Below are positions 9,734 through 18,982 of a stretch of DNA of 47,666 nucleotides, in pieces. How positions within the stretch are numbered: position 1 is the first letter of the stretch; the number at the start of each line of letters is the position of its first letter. The position numbers and the translations under genes are program-made. This stretch comes from an uncultured Sarcina sp. (GTDB lineage Bacteria; Bacillota; Clostridia; Lachnospirales; Lachnospiraceae), in assembly GCA_964386925.1 (NCBI GenBank), contig CAYLUU010000001.1, forward strand, positions 1-47,666, given 5' to 3'. The notes under the pieces were generated by a model. The model saw only the letters and a program-made list of their open reading frames with translations. It made no database searches and was not told the origin of the DNA.

Positions 9734-10877
9734 CTCTCTCGTGGAACATAAACAATCGGTTCAACTGAATTTCTCCATTCCGAATGCCTGTAATCTCTGA
9801 CACTTCCAGGAGCCTCCTACTCTTATCCCGCAGTCTTCCCAGATGCACTACCACATCAATTGCGGATGCGATCTGAGACCGAATGGCAGCAATTGGAAGA
9901 TCTGCTCCCTGCAGTACCATGACCTCCAATCGTGACATCATGTCCGCTGCACTGTTGGCATGTCCTGTTGACATGGAGCCGTCGTGTCCGGTATTCATTG
10001 CCTGAATCATATCCAGCGCTTCCTGTCCTCGAACCTCACCTACAATGATGCGGTCCGGCCTCATTCGTAGAGAGGTACGAATCAAATCACGGATGCTGAT
10101 TGGCGTACATCCCTCCACGTTTGCATTTCGTGCCTCCAATCTCACCAGATTGGGAATGTGTCGAATTTGCAGCTCAGCATTATCCTCAATAGTAATAACC
10201 CGTTCCTGTACCGGAATATCTGCAGACAGGGCATTCAGAAAGGTCGTTTTACCTGATCCGGTTCCTCCGCTGATGAAAATGTTGTAGCCGGCCTTCACCA
10301 GCTGTCCCAGGTATTTAGCAATTTCCTCCGAAACCGAGCCGAACCGGATCAGATCCTCCAATTCAATTGGATGCTCCGGAAACCGGCGAATCGTTAGGAT
10401 CGGGCCATTCAGTGCTGCCGGTGACAGCACCACATTGACGCGATCTCCGTTTGGAAGCCTTGCATCCGCAATAGGTGATGCCTCGTTGACAACGCGGTTA
10501 CAGCCCGATACAACCTTTGTTACAACATCCAGCAGGCGTTCTGCTGACGAAAACTGCAGCGCAATCCGCTGCGTTCTTCCGGCCTTTTCTATGAAGATAT
10601 GCTCCGGACCATTGATCATGATTTCCGTTATTGAGGGATCGTCAATCAAATCCTGCAGAATATCCAGCTTTCGAAGCGAGTGATAAACCTCCTGACGCAA
10701 ATGTGTCATCTCATCCAGAAGGAGCCCTTTCACAGAGGCAAGTTCCGTCACCTCCTCATCAATTAATGTCAGGACCTGTCCATCACTCACCTCGTTGGCA
10801 AAATCTATTCTCTGCAGAACCTTCTCCCGAACCTCCGATCTGCATGTCTTCAGGAATTCATCCCTATCCGTCAACAT
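9633..10877 (-). CDS. cpaF: CpaF/TadA pilus assembly ATPase
   Basis: EIMING, Walker A GGTGSGKTT, TIEDNAEL, LRMRPDRIIVGEVRG, NTGHDGSMSTGHAN. Confidence 0.95.
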   Translation of the reverse strand: MLTDRDEFLKTCRSEVREKVLQRIDFANEVSDGQVLTLIDEEVTELASVKGLLLDEMTHLRQEVYHSLRKLDILQDLIDDPSITEIMINGPEHIFIEKAGRTQRIALQFSSAERLLDVVTKVVSGCNRVVNEASPIADARLPNGDRVNVVLSPAALNGPILTIRRFPEHPIELEDLIRFGSVSEEIAKYLGQLVKAGYNIFISGGTGSGKTTFLNALSADIPVQERVITIEDNAELQIRHIPNLVRLEARNANVEGCTPISIRDLIRTSLRMRPDRIIVGEVRGQEALDMIQAMNTGHDGSMSTGHANSAADMMSRLEVMVLQGADLPIAAIRSQIASAIDVVVHLGRLRDKSRRLLEVSEITGIRNGEIQLNRLFMFHERGETDGRIEGEWIREGTLCRTSKLELSGIRLSKG

Positions 10878-11919
10878 GGTATCCTTCTTCCTCCATGACC
10901 CGATGCACCAGCTCTGCCATCTCTCCGTGCGTCAGATTATCCAGTGCCGCCGGAAGCTCCCGGAATAACGGAAAGCGCCACCGTTTGGTTCTGGCTGCAA
11001 TGTCCTCAAACTGGCTGGATCTCAGCATATCCTCGTAGCACGAAAGCTTCGCCCTCGAGAGCTCGTCATCCCTCACAATTGTGAAAATCTGTTCGCATAA
11101 ACGCAGAATATCCAGCAGCCCATCCACAGATTCAGACAGATCGAGAATAACGTACTCATACTCTGTTACCTGTTCCAATGTATGAAACAAATCCAGCCAC
11201 TGACTGCATTGAATTGCTCTTAGCTCCAGGAAGGATTTCATCGGCGGAATATAATCCAGACCATTCAGCTTTCCTGTCAACAATCCCATCTGTGCTGTCA
11301 GTTTCTCTCTGGCACACTCGTTGTAATACAGAAGATCCGATATACTTCCGCGACTTACATAGGGCACAAGCGCACCAAGTCCTGAATAATTCTCAAAGTT
11401 TAGATACAAAACCCGATGCCTTCGCGCCAGAAACTGCCCAAACGTAAGCGCCAGTGTTGTCTGCAGGCACCTTGTCAGCGGGGTATAGCACCCAATCAGC
11501 TGCATCGCCTTACCATGCCGGATTCCTGAAATACTGTCTGCCTCCTGAAGCGTCAGTTCCTTTACCAGTGAAAGAATAATATCCATCGACTGATACTTGC
11601 TGACATTCACCACCGTGTCGCCCAGGTAGGTCCCGGTTTCATTCAAAACCAGCAGCTTTTCCTTATGTTCACTGCTCTGTGTTTTTCGATATTCTCGTTC
11701 TGAGACAATCATGAGCGCAGATTTCTCTTCCTGGCCGAGTGCCTCCAGCTTTTCTATTGAGGTATATCTTTCAACGCTGCAGGGAAAGTTCAAATGACCG
11801 TTCAGATACTCAACCAACCTCTCTCCGTATTGCTCTTCGCTGTCACAGACAAGTATTCTCTGAAACTCATCCTTCTTTTCTGAGGAATCCCTGTATGAAT
11901 ACATTTCCTTCTCTTTCAC
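10864..11919 (-). CDS. CpaE/TadZ-like protein (receiver-like N-terminus, degenerate ParA/MinD-like domain)
   Basis: ILVCDSEEQY N-terminus; GCYTPLTRCLQTT degenerate P-loop; VLYLNFE; YVILD; AGGAGG RBS; precedes cpaF. Confidence 0.65.
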   Translation of the reverse strand: MKEKEMYSYRDSSEKKDEFQRILVCDSEEQYGERLVEYLNGHLNFPCSVERYTSIEKLEALGQEEKSALMIVSEREYRKTQSSEHKEKLLVLNETGTYLGDTVVNVSKYQSMDIILSLVKELTLQEADSISGIRHGKAMQLIGCYTPLTRCLQTTLALTFGQFLARRHRVLYLNFENYSGLGALVPYVSRGSISDLLYYNECAREKLTAQMGLLTGKLNGLDYIPPMKSFLELRAIQCSQWLDLFHTLEQVTEYEYVILDLSESVDGLLDILRLCEQIFTIVRDDELSRAKLSCYEDMLRSSQFEDIAARTKRWRFPLFRELPAALDNLTHGEMAELVHRVMEEEGYHVDG

Positions 11920-12118
11920 AATTCCTCCTTCCTCACATCTGGTCGCTCACAATCGGATCCGCAGTCGTTTTCTCTGTAGTGCATAGAAAACAAATTCTCG
12001 CCAGGATATAAATACGCTCGATTACACTCGCGCATCCAAATTGCGATACGGGTGCTGAACAGATATTTGAATACATATCATTTATTGTTCTATCTGCATC
12101 TGCAGACACTTTTTTCTT

Positions 12119-12156
12119 AAAAATCAGGTCCGGGGCGTTTTCGCCCCGTCGACCTG
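12119..12156 (-). terminator. GC-rich hairpin with short U-tract upstream of the tad operon
   Basis: Minus strand CAGGTC-GA-CGGGGCG AAAA CGCCCCG-GACCTG ATTTTT. Confidence 0.5.
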
Positions 12157-12768
12157 TTCGGTCCGATCCGAAAGTTTCCAAACTTCATCCCGATTGGAAA
12201 CTTTCGAAAATGACCTGTGTATTGCCTTTATTCTTCATCCCGGCAGAGTAGATATGGCAGCTAATGTGACTGATCATGTGCTGATAGACAGGACCCTAGA
12301 GATGAAATCCGACGTGCTCCTCCGGATTGGAGTCAAAAAGGGTCAGTGGTACCCACCCAGACTCATTTGCACAAAACACGCCCCTATCAGGAGCCCAATT
12401 CGTACAAACGGAATAGGAATTGATGTTTGAAGCGATGCCTTTCGGAACGAGCAGAACAACCGCTTCTGTCTTATAAAATAATTCTCAATATCTGGAACAA
12501 CTGCCGTGACCTTCGAACCGCCGCGGCATGTCGGAAGAATTCCGACCTTGACTGGATGAATGCCAATTCTTCTGTTGGGAGAGCCCCTCGAGAAGATGAT
12601 CGAATCGTAGCAAAGCCATTTCACCTTTTCAACAACAAAATCACATCTTTTGATGATTTCAGCATTTCGAATAGTTTGTGATTTGCCAAATTGGTTGAAA
12701 TTTTCATCTTATCCACACTATCCTCACTTTGCACTCAGAAGAATACATCTGTTTAACACCTAATTTTT

Positions 12769-12865
12769 ATGTAACTGTTCAGAGCCAAGCAAATTTGCGT
12801 AAAATGCGCGAGTAATGCTTGCATTAACGAGCTCATTTTTGCGAATGGGCTCTGAATAGTTACAT
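12769..12865. repeat. Intergenic hairpin repeat (REP/MITE-like), full copy with 18-bp terminal inverted repeats
   Basis: ATGTAACTGTTCAGAGCC (12769-12786) vs GGCTCTGAATAGTTACAT (12848-12865); 12837-12864 is the exact reverse complement of 47612-47639. Confidence 0.85.
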
Positions 12866-12989
12866 TTTTATTTGTGGTAGTACCTGCGCAGGTGGTCTTA
12901 TCGTGAGGATTTTAATGTAGGAAAGCCTTGCGGTTTGTCATATAATGGGTGTAGCTGTGTTTTATTTTCCCAAAGGGGGTTTTTCTTTT

Positions 12990-13883
12990 ATGAAGAATAT
13001 TATCGTTACCGGCTGCAACGGTCAGCTGGGAATCGCAGTAAACAAGCTTCTGGGAGCTTCCGAGGAATATCATCTGGTAAATACAGATGTATCTGATCCC
13101 GGTTTTGTTAAGGTTGACCGCATTCTTGATATTACAAATGTCGAGGAAGTTCTTGCTTTTGCCCGCGAGGTAGAGCCTTACGCCATCATAAACTGTGCAG
13201 CGTACACTGCAGTGGATGCCGCTGAGACGCATCTGGATCTGAATTACAAAATCAATGCTCTCGGTCCCAGAAACCTTGCGATCGCAGCAACAGAAACCGG
13301 TGCCAAACTCGTTCATATCTCCACGGATTATGTGTTCCCAGGAACTTCTGAGAAACCGCTGACAGAGTTTGATGCAGTAGGTCCCAAGAGCGTTTACGGC
13401 ATCACCAAGCTGGCTGGTGAGAATTTTGTAAAAGAATTTGCAAAGAAATATTTCATCATCCGTACAGCATGGCTCTACGGTGAGGGCAAGAACTTTGTTC
13501 GTACTATGCTGAATGTTGCCAAAACGCACGATGAAGTCACTGTCGTAGATGACCAGTTTGGATCCCCTACCAGTACTAAGGAACTGGCAAAGGCAATTGC
13601 CTGCCTGCTGCCTACAGACAATTACGGTCTCTTCCACGGAACCTGCGAGGGTTCCACCAGCTGGGACGAATTCACCCGCGAGATTTATCGTCTGGCAGGA
13701 CTTAAGACCAGAGTAAAGAGCGTCAGTACAGAAGAATATCAGGCCGCCAATCCGCAGTCTGCGCCGAGACCGCATTACTCTATTCTGGACAACTATATGT
13801 TCCGTCTCACAACTGACCATCGCTATGCAGATTGGAAGGATGCGCTGGATGTCTACATGACAGAAATGGGGTATAAGGCCTGA
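12990..13883 (+). CDS. rfbD: dTDP-4-dehydrorhamnose reductase
   Basis: TGCNGQLG, NCAAYTAVD, ISTDYVF, YGITK, DDQFGSPT, APRPHYS. Confidence 0.95.
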   Translation: MKNIIVTGCNGQLGIAVNKLLGASEEYHLVNTDVSDPGFVKVDRILDITNVEEVLAFAREVEPYAIINCAAYTAVDAAETHLDLNYKINALGPRNLAIAATETGAKLVHISTDYVFPGTSEKPLTEFDAVGPKSVYGITKLAGENFVKEFAKKYFIIRTAWLYGEGKNFVRTMLNVAKTHDEVTVVDDQFGSPTSTKELAKAIACLLPTDNYGLFHGTCEGSTSWDEFTREIYRLAGLKTRVKSVSTEEYQAANPQSAPRPHYSILDNYMFRLTTDHRYADWKDALDVYMTEMGYKA

Positions 13884-14360
13884 ATGAGCACATTTTTGAA
13901 TGATATTCTGCAGAATCCCCTTTTTGTTGCCGCTGCCTGCAGTTGGTTTACGGCACAACTTGCTAAGACCATTCTGTATGTCATCATCAACCACAAATTC
14001 AGCTGGGAACGGATTGTCGGTGCAGGCGGTATGCCAAGCGCTCATTCTGCGACGGTTTGCGCGCTTGTCGTTTCAACCGGCATGGTATACGGCGTCAAGG
14101 GGTTTGAATTTCCTATGACTGTCTTTTTTGCCTTTATCGTTATGTACGATGCTATGGGCGTCAGACGCGAAACAGGCGAACAAGCCAAGGTTCTGAATGA
14201 AATGGTGAGCCAGTGGTTTGAGATGGGCAAGGAACTAAAGACCATGGATCCCATGGAGCAGTTCAAGGAATTCGTCGGACATACGCCGCTCCAGGTGCTC
14301 GTCGGTGCCATTGTCGGCAGCTGCATTGCAGCGCTGACCTGCAGCATAATGCTGCCATGA
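13884..14360 (+). CDS. Divergent PAP2 family (DUF212) membrane protein
   Basis: GGMPSAHSA, VMYDAMGVR, GHTPLQV. Confidence 0.92.
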   Translation: MSTFLNDILQNPLFVAAACSWFTAQLAKTILYVIINHKFSWERIVGAGGMPSAHSATVCALVVSTGMVYGVKGFEFPMTVFFAFIVMYDAMGVRRETGEQAKVLNEMVSQWFEMGKELKTMDPMEQFKEFVGHTPLQVLVGAIVGSCIAALTCSIMLP

Positions 14361-14486
14361 GCTGCTGCAAGCCTCAGTAATGTACCTGTTAGTAACTGTA
14401 AAAATACCTGGCAGCCTCAGCTGCGGGAGTGTCGCAGACACGCAGCAGTTGATTTTTCGAGTTTTTCGAATACAAGGAGGAATTGA

Positions 14487-15653
14487 ATGAAGAAATTTAC
14501 AGCAGCTCTGCTTACCGGCCTGACTGCTGCGTCCATGCTTCTGGCAGGATGCGGTAACGATGCAGAAGAGTTTTCCATTGCAGAGACTATTCCGCAGGAT
14601 CAGACAGCAACAACAGAAGAGGAGACCACGGAGGAGGAGACAGCTCCGGAGGGAAAGGTCCGCAGCCAGCTGACCAATGAATGGATTGATGAGGATCTGT
14701 ATGATCAAAGACCCATCGCTGTCATGTATCCGATTAACAAAGAAGCAATGCCGCAGTACGGTTACGACCAGATCGATATCTTCTATGAAATTCTGGAAGA
14801 AGATGAGATGAGCCGTCAGATGGCAATCATGAAGGATTGGAAGAATCTTGATAAGATCGGCAACATCCGCAGTATCCGTGATTATTTTGTTTACGCTGCT
14901 CTTGAGTATGATCCCATTATCGTCCACTTCGGCGGTCCTGAGGTTTATGTAAAGGATATTCTCACCCGTGATGATGTGGATAATATCAATGGCGTCGACG
15001 GCGTTCTGGGTTCCAGCTACGACGCGTTCTTCCGTGAGAATCCGGATGGACGTGCTTCTGAGCACACAGCGTATACCAGCAGCGAGAACCTTCTGGCTGC
15101 CTGTGAGACGGCAGGATTCTCTCTGACCTACAAGGATGACACCTTTGCAGATTATAAGGATCAGTCCCATTACCAGTTTACGGATGAATCCAACAAGAAC
15201 ACCCTGGAACAGTATGGTTCCGATGCAGTGGATGCCAAGTCGCTTGATTTCTCCGATGCGTTCCCGAAGGATACTCCTACCTTTGAGTATAATGAGGACG
15301 ATCATCTGTATTACCGCAGCATTTACGGCGAGGCACAGGTTGACGGTACAACCGGCACACAGCTGGCCTTTGAGAATATTCTGGTACAGTGGGCCTACTA
15401 CGAGGTTCGCGATGACAACGGCTATCTGGCCTTCCAGATGCACGATAACACGCATGATGGCATGTATATCACCGAGGGTAAAATGATTCATGTAACCTGG
15501 GTGAAGGACAGCGATTATGGCCCGACCAGATACTATGATGACAACGGTGATGAGATCACACTCAACACAGGCAAGACTATGGTCTGTGTGGTTAAGGATG
15601 ACAAGCCGTTCACGGTAGATGGTTCCAGCGTAAATCCTTCCGGAAATTATTGA
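14487..15653 (+). CDS. DUF3048 (YerB-like) lipoprotein
   Basis: Lipobox LAGC; RPIAVM, IGNIRSIR, HFGG, LNTGKT; AAGGAGG RBS. Confidence 0.8.
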   Translation: MKKFTAALLTGLTAASMLLAGCGNDAEEFSIAETIPQDQTATTEEETTEEETAPEGKVRSQLTNEWIDEDLYDQRPIAVMYPINKEAMPQYGYDQIDIFYEILEEDEMSRQMAIMKDWKNLDKIGNIRSIRDYFVYAALEYDPIIVHFGGPEVYVKDILTRDDVDNINGVDGVLGSSYDAFFRENPDGRASEHTAYTSSENLLAACETAGFSLTYKDDTFADYKDQSHYQFTDESNKNTLEQYGSDAVDAKSLDFSDAFPKDTPTFEYNEDDHLYYRSIYGEAQVDGTTGTQLAFENILVQWAYYEVRDDNGYLAFQMHDNTHDGMYITEGKMIHVTWVKDSDYGPTRYYDDNGDEITLNTGKTMVCVVKDDKPFTVDGSSVNPSGNY

Positions 15654-15672
15654 GAAGGGTTCTCTTGAAAAA

Positions 15673-15708
15673 AAAAAAGCGAGACAGCTTCAGCTGCCTC
15701 GCTTTTTT
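15673..15708. terminator. Bidirectional intrinsic terminator between convergent genes
   Basis: A-tract, GCGAG-A-CAGC TTCA GCTG-C-CTCGC, T-tract. Confidence 0.8.
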
Positions 15709-15716
15709 AGTCTCGC

Positions 15717-17402
15717 TCAATATTGATTCCAATCATCATACGGATTGTCATATCTGTTGTCGTAATACTCGTCGTCCCTGTCGTAGCGGTGCCTCTCATA
15801 ATACTCATTCCGCTGGCTGTGAGCCCTTCTGGCGCGCCGGCGACGCTGTCTGGCACGTTCCCTGGCTCCCTTCATTGCTTCCGAGAAGCGGATGCAGAAG
15901 GAAGCGATAACAGAGATCACAATGATCGTCAACAGGAAAGCCGATACATTGATATATACCGTATCATTCAGGCCGATGGTCACATAATTAGAGAACAACC
16001 TGTGCAAAATTGAGCTATGGCTCATCTGTTCCGAATAATTCTCTGTCATCTCCGCCGCAATAGAAGAGCTTTCCTCATTTCCGGACAGACTTTCCGGCAC
16101 CAATGTCGTGGTTCCGACCACAACACCATTTTCCGTTCCTCCGTAGTAATACGTAATGGTATTATCCGATCCGTACTGCGCGGTCAGATTCTCTGCAGAC
16201 GCATCCATAGGCAAAATAACATTGCCCCCGGCCGCTACCGTCAAAGCCGGCGTACTCGTTCCCAGAAGGTCCGTTCCCCTCGTCAGAAAATCAGCCGCAT
16301 CCGCAGTCGGAAGAGCAGAAGACTCTACGGAAACACTCTGAAAACTTTCATATCCGTAATCAAATAAGGTTACTGTGTCCTCGAACTGCGCCGGATCATC
16401 CTCACGCATGACCACACAGATCAGCTCCATATCACCGCGTTCACAGCCGGTCACCAGATTCTCATGGGCCTGGCTGGTGTATCCGGTCTTGCCGCCGATA
16501 ATTCCTGTGTAGGAGATCCCTCCGGTTATCAGCTCATGCTTGTTGGTCAGTGTGAAATCGTCCGGCTGCGTATCGGTCGCCTGAAAATGATAGGACGCAC
16601 AGTTGCCCACCTTTCGGCAGACATCATTGTCAAAAAATGCCTTTCCGATCAGACACAGATCATGCGCACTGGTATAGTGATCATCGTCATACAGACCATT
16701 GGTATTCACAAAATGAGAGTCGGTACAGCCAAGCTCTGCAGCCCGCTCATTCATCAGCTCCACAAATGCTTCAATGGAGCCTGCCGCCTTTTCTGCCAGA
16801 GCATTGGCGCATTCGTTTGCCGATCCAACCATCAGGCCGTACAAAGCTTCCTCTACTGTGATGGTCTCTCCAACACTCATTCCGATGTTCGAGCCATCCG
16901 CCGGTACAGCTGCAATGGCAGACTCGGAAAAGGTAATACTGTCATTCAGATCCAGCTTTTCTGCTGCAATCAGGCAGGTCAGCATCTTGGTCGTACTGGC
17001 CGGATACATCCTGTCGTGAATGTTCTTGGCATAGAGGACAGTTCCTGTCCCGGCATCCATCAGCATAGCGCTCTTAGCAGTAATGGCCGGTCCCTGCGGC
17101 CAACCGGAAATGTCATTGGTCTGGATCGCCTCACTTTTTTGCTCCGCTGCCTGGTCACTGTTGATGACATGGCCGTCTGCCGTCAGAACGTCTCCCTGGG
17201 TGCTGTCTACAACAGTATCCGAATAGGCGTTGTCGGATACCGATGAGGCCCACGCCGGCTGTGCAGATACAACGCCCAAAAAGCCGCTGCACATAACAAC
17301 GCCAAGAGCTGTGATCAGGCTCCTGCGAGCCTGCCGATACCCAAAGCTGATTTTCCGAAATCTGTTATTTTGCAATGGCTTCAATCTTCTCCTGAAGGAC
17401 AT
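15717..17402 (-). CDS. D-alanyl-D-alanine carboxypeptidase (S11) with C-terminal TM anchor; start uncertain
   Basis: SxxK (PASTTK), SxN (SANE), KTG (GGKTG); signal-like N-terminus. Confidence 0.9.
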   Translation of the reverse strand: MSFRRRLKPLQNNRFRKISFGYRQARRSLITALGVVMCSGFLGVVSAQPAWASSVSDNAYSDTVVDSTQGDVLTADGHVINSDQAAEQKSEAIQTNDISGWPQGPAITAKSAMLMDAGTGTVLYAKNIHDRMYPASTTKMLTCLIAAEKLDLNDSITFSESAIAAVPADGSNIGMSVGETITVEEALYGLMVGSANECANALAEKAAGSIEAFVELMNERAAELGCTDSHFVNTNGLYDDDHYTSAHDLCLIGKAFFDNDVCRKVGNCASYHFQATDTQPDDFTLTNKHELITGGISYTGIIGGKTGYTSQAHENLVTGCERGDMELICVVMREDDPAQFEDTVTLFDYGYESFQSVSVESSALPTADAADFLTRGTDLLGTSTPALTVAAGGNVILPMDASAENLTAQYGSDNTITYYYGGTENGVVVGTTTLVPESLSGNEESSSIAAEMTENYSEQMSHSSILHRLFSNYVTIGLNDTVYINVSAFLLTIIVISVIASFCIRFSEAMKGARERARQRRRRARRAHSQRNEYYERHRYDRDDEYYDNRYDNPYDDWNQY

Positions 17403-17679
17403 CCTTCGTGATCAGTCCGACACTCTTTTCCACTACCTCACCGTTTCGGAAGAACAGAAGAGTAGGAATGGACATGACATTGTACTTTTCTGCAATATCC
17501 GATGCATTGTCAACGTTGAGCTTGCCGATCTTCACCTTTCCTTCATAGAGCGGCTCCAGTGCTGCCACTGCAGGTGCCAGCATCTTGCAGGGACCGCACC
17601 AGTCTGCATAGAAATCCACCATTACCGGAAGCTCACTCTTCAGAACCTCTGCTTCAAAATTGTCCGATGTGAATACCAT
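17365..17679 (-). CDS. trxA: Thioredoxin
   Basis: WCGPC; SIPT; AGGAGG RBS before ATG at 17679. Confidence 0.95.
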   Translation of the reverse strand: MVFTSDNFEAEVLKSELPVMVDFYADWCGPCKMLAPAVAALEPLYEGKVKIGKLNVDNASDIAEKYNVMSIPTLLFFRNGEVVEKSVGLITKDVLQEKIEAIAK

Positions 17680-17681
17680 AA

Positions 17682-18338
17682 TCAATCCTCCTTTTCTGTA
17701 CTGCGGCGCAGTATATATTTGTTGATTTTATTGCCCTTGGCCGAGAACTTTTCCTCATACTCGGTCATGATATTGCCCTCGTTCATCACCGGATCTGCGT
17801 GCAGATCATAGGTAATCTCTGCAATCTCAAAGGTACTGAAGGGGACCTCCTCGACGGCAAAATCGAATAATTCACGATTGTCGGTTTTGAACTCAATGGT
17901 TCCGCTCTCTGCCAGAATCGCATCATAGCGGCGCAGAAATTCCTTCGAGGGAAGGCGCCGTTTGGCGGTTCTCTTCTTCGGCCACGGATCAGAAAAATTC
18001 AAATAAATCCTCCCAATTTCACCGGGAGCAAAATATTCCGTGATCAGCTCGGCCTCTCCTCTGATGAATCGAAGATTCGGAAGCTCCAGCTCATTCTGGC
18101 GATCAACTCCGCGCAGGAGAACACTGGAGTATTTTTCAATTCCGATATAATTAATGTCCGGATTGCGCTGCGCCAGTTCCAGAATAAAGCGTCCTTTTCC
18201 GGTTCCGATTTCCAGATGAATGGGAGAAGTGCTGCCGAACAGCTCCTGCCAGCGGCCCTTCTGTTCTTCCGGATTCTGAATAACAAACGGGCTGTCCTGA
18301 ATGGTATCTCTGGCCCGCGGAATGTTACGAAGTCTCAC
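17682..18338 (-). CDS. trmB: tRNA (guanine-N7)-methyltransferase
   Basis: EIGTGKG, NFSDPWPKKR, FKTD, MTEYE. Confidence 0.96.
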   Translation of the reverse strand: MRLRNIPRARDTIQDSPFVIQNPEEQKGRWQELFGSTSPIHLEIGTGKGRFILELAQRNPDINYIGIEKYSSVLLRGVDRQNELELPNLRFIRGEAELITEYFAPGEIGRIYLNFSDPWPKKRTAKRRLPSKEFLRRYDAILAESGTIEFKTDNRELFDFAVEEVPFSTFEIAEITYDLHADPVMNEGNIMTEYEEKFSAKGNKINKYILRRSTEKED

Positions 18339-18529
18339 GTTGTTTCCTTTCTGAATCAGATCAATGCGTACATATTTGGGATTGTATCACATAGCCCTCG
18401 AAGTCGTCCCCTTGCATCTGTATTCGCAGATGCGGTATGATGCTGTTAGTTTAGGCTTATCGTTAGCCACCTGAATAGTTACCAAATTGGTAATTGTTTA
18501 ACATCCACGTATCGAAAGGACTACATACA

Positions 18530-18847
18530 ATGGCAAACCATAAAGAGATTATTGAATATCGTTACGACACTCAGCTGCTCCTCGACGTCTATGGTCTGGA
18601 TGACGACGAATGCGATGATCTTGTCGATGAGGCAAGAGATTACATTCTCGACAACTTTCAGGGCGACTGCCTGATCGTTGCCGGCGACACCGGTGAGGAT
18701 GAGGTCGGAGGGGAGAAGGCTACTCTGAAACTCCACTACCACACCAATGAGCCCTGGCTGGTTCTGGCTTATTTCCGCACCCTCGGTGAAATCTATGACA
18801 TCGTCGTGGAGGATATGCAGCGCCAGACGGATGGTCTTCACGGCTGA
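18530..18847 (+). CDS. Small stand-alone protein resembling the middle domain of DAK2/FakA fatty-acid kinases
   Basis: YRYDTQLLL, GDCLIVAGD, KLHYHTNEP, IVVEDMQRQ; GAAAGGA RBS before ATG at 18530. Confidence 0.7.
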   Translation: MANHKEIIEYRYDTQLLLDVYGLDDDECDDLVDEARDYILDNFQGDCLIVAGDTGEDEVGGEKATLKLHYHTNEPWLVLAYFRTLGEIYDIVVEDMQRQTDGLHG

Positions 18848-18982
18848 TGAAATCTTAATGAGTACCCCGGGCTATCGCCCTGCTTACTCATGTATATTCC
18901 CCCGTCCAATGACTGCACGTTTGCGCGAGCAAGCTCGTACATCCGCGCAGTCGCTGCTTGGGATTTTACAGTAACAGTTTTT

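Noticed and set aside
249..11919. Genomic island integrated at tRNA-Ser carrying the tad locus
   Set aside because: No integrase or duplicated tRNA 3' end seen; the genes lie on the 5' side of the tRNA and include metabolic housekeeping genes
12057..12069. LexA-like GAAC half-site upstream of tad
   Set aside because: No matching GTTC half; better explained as the GGTGCTGAACAGATA end of the repeat family
12250..12310. Partial resemblance on the minus strand to the 3' half of a c-di-GMP-I riboswitch (CTAGGGTCCTGT...ATGATCAG...GCTGCC)
   Set aside because: The GGCAAA/GAAA hairpin and GACGCAAA core are not present in the right place; needs a covariance search
12343..12624. 93-aa ORF as a second prepilin peptidase (IPIPFV near its C-terminus)
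   Set aside because: No catalytic Asp motifs or multi-TM pattern; at most a remnant
12709..12717. Isolated perfect DnaA box (another at 32831-32839 inside dnaA)
   Set aside because: A single 9-mer can occur by chance in 47 kb; no cluster around it
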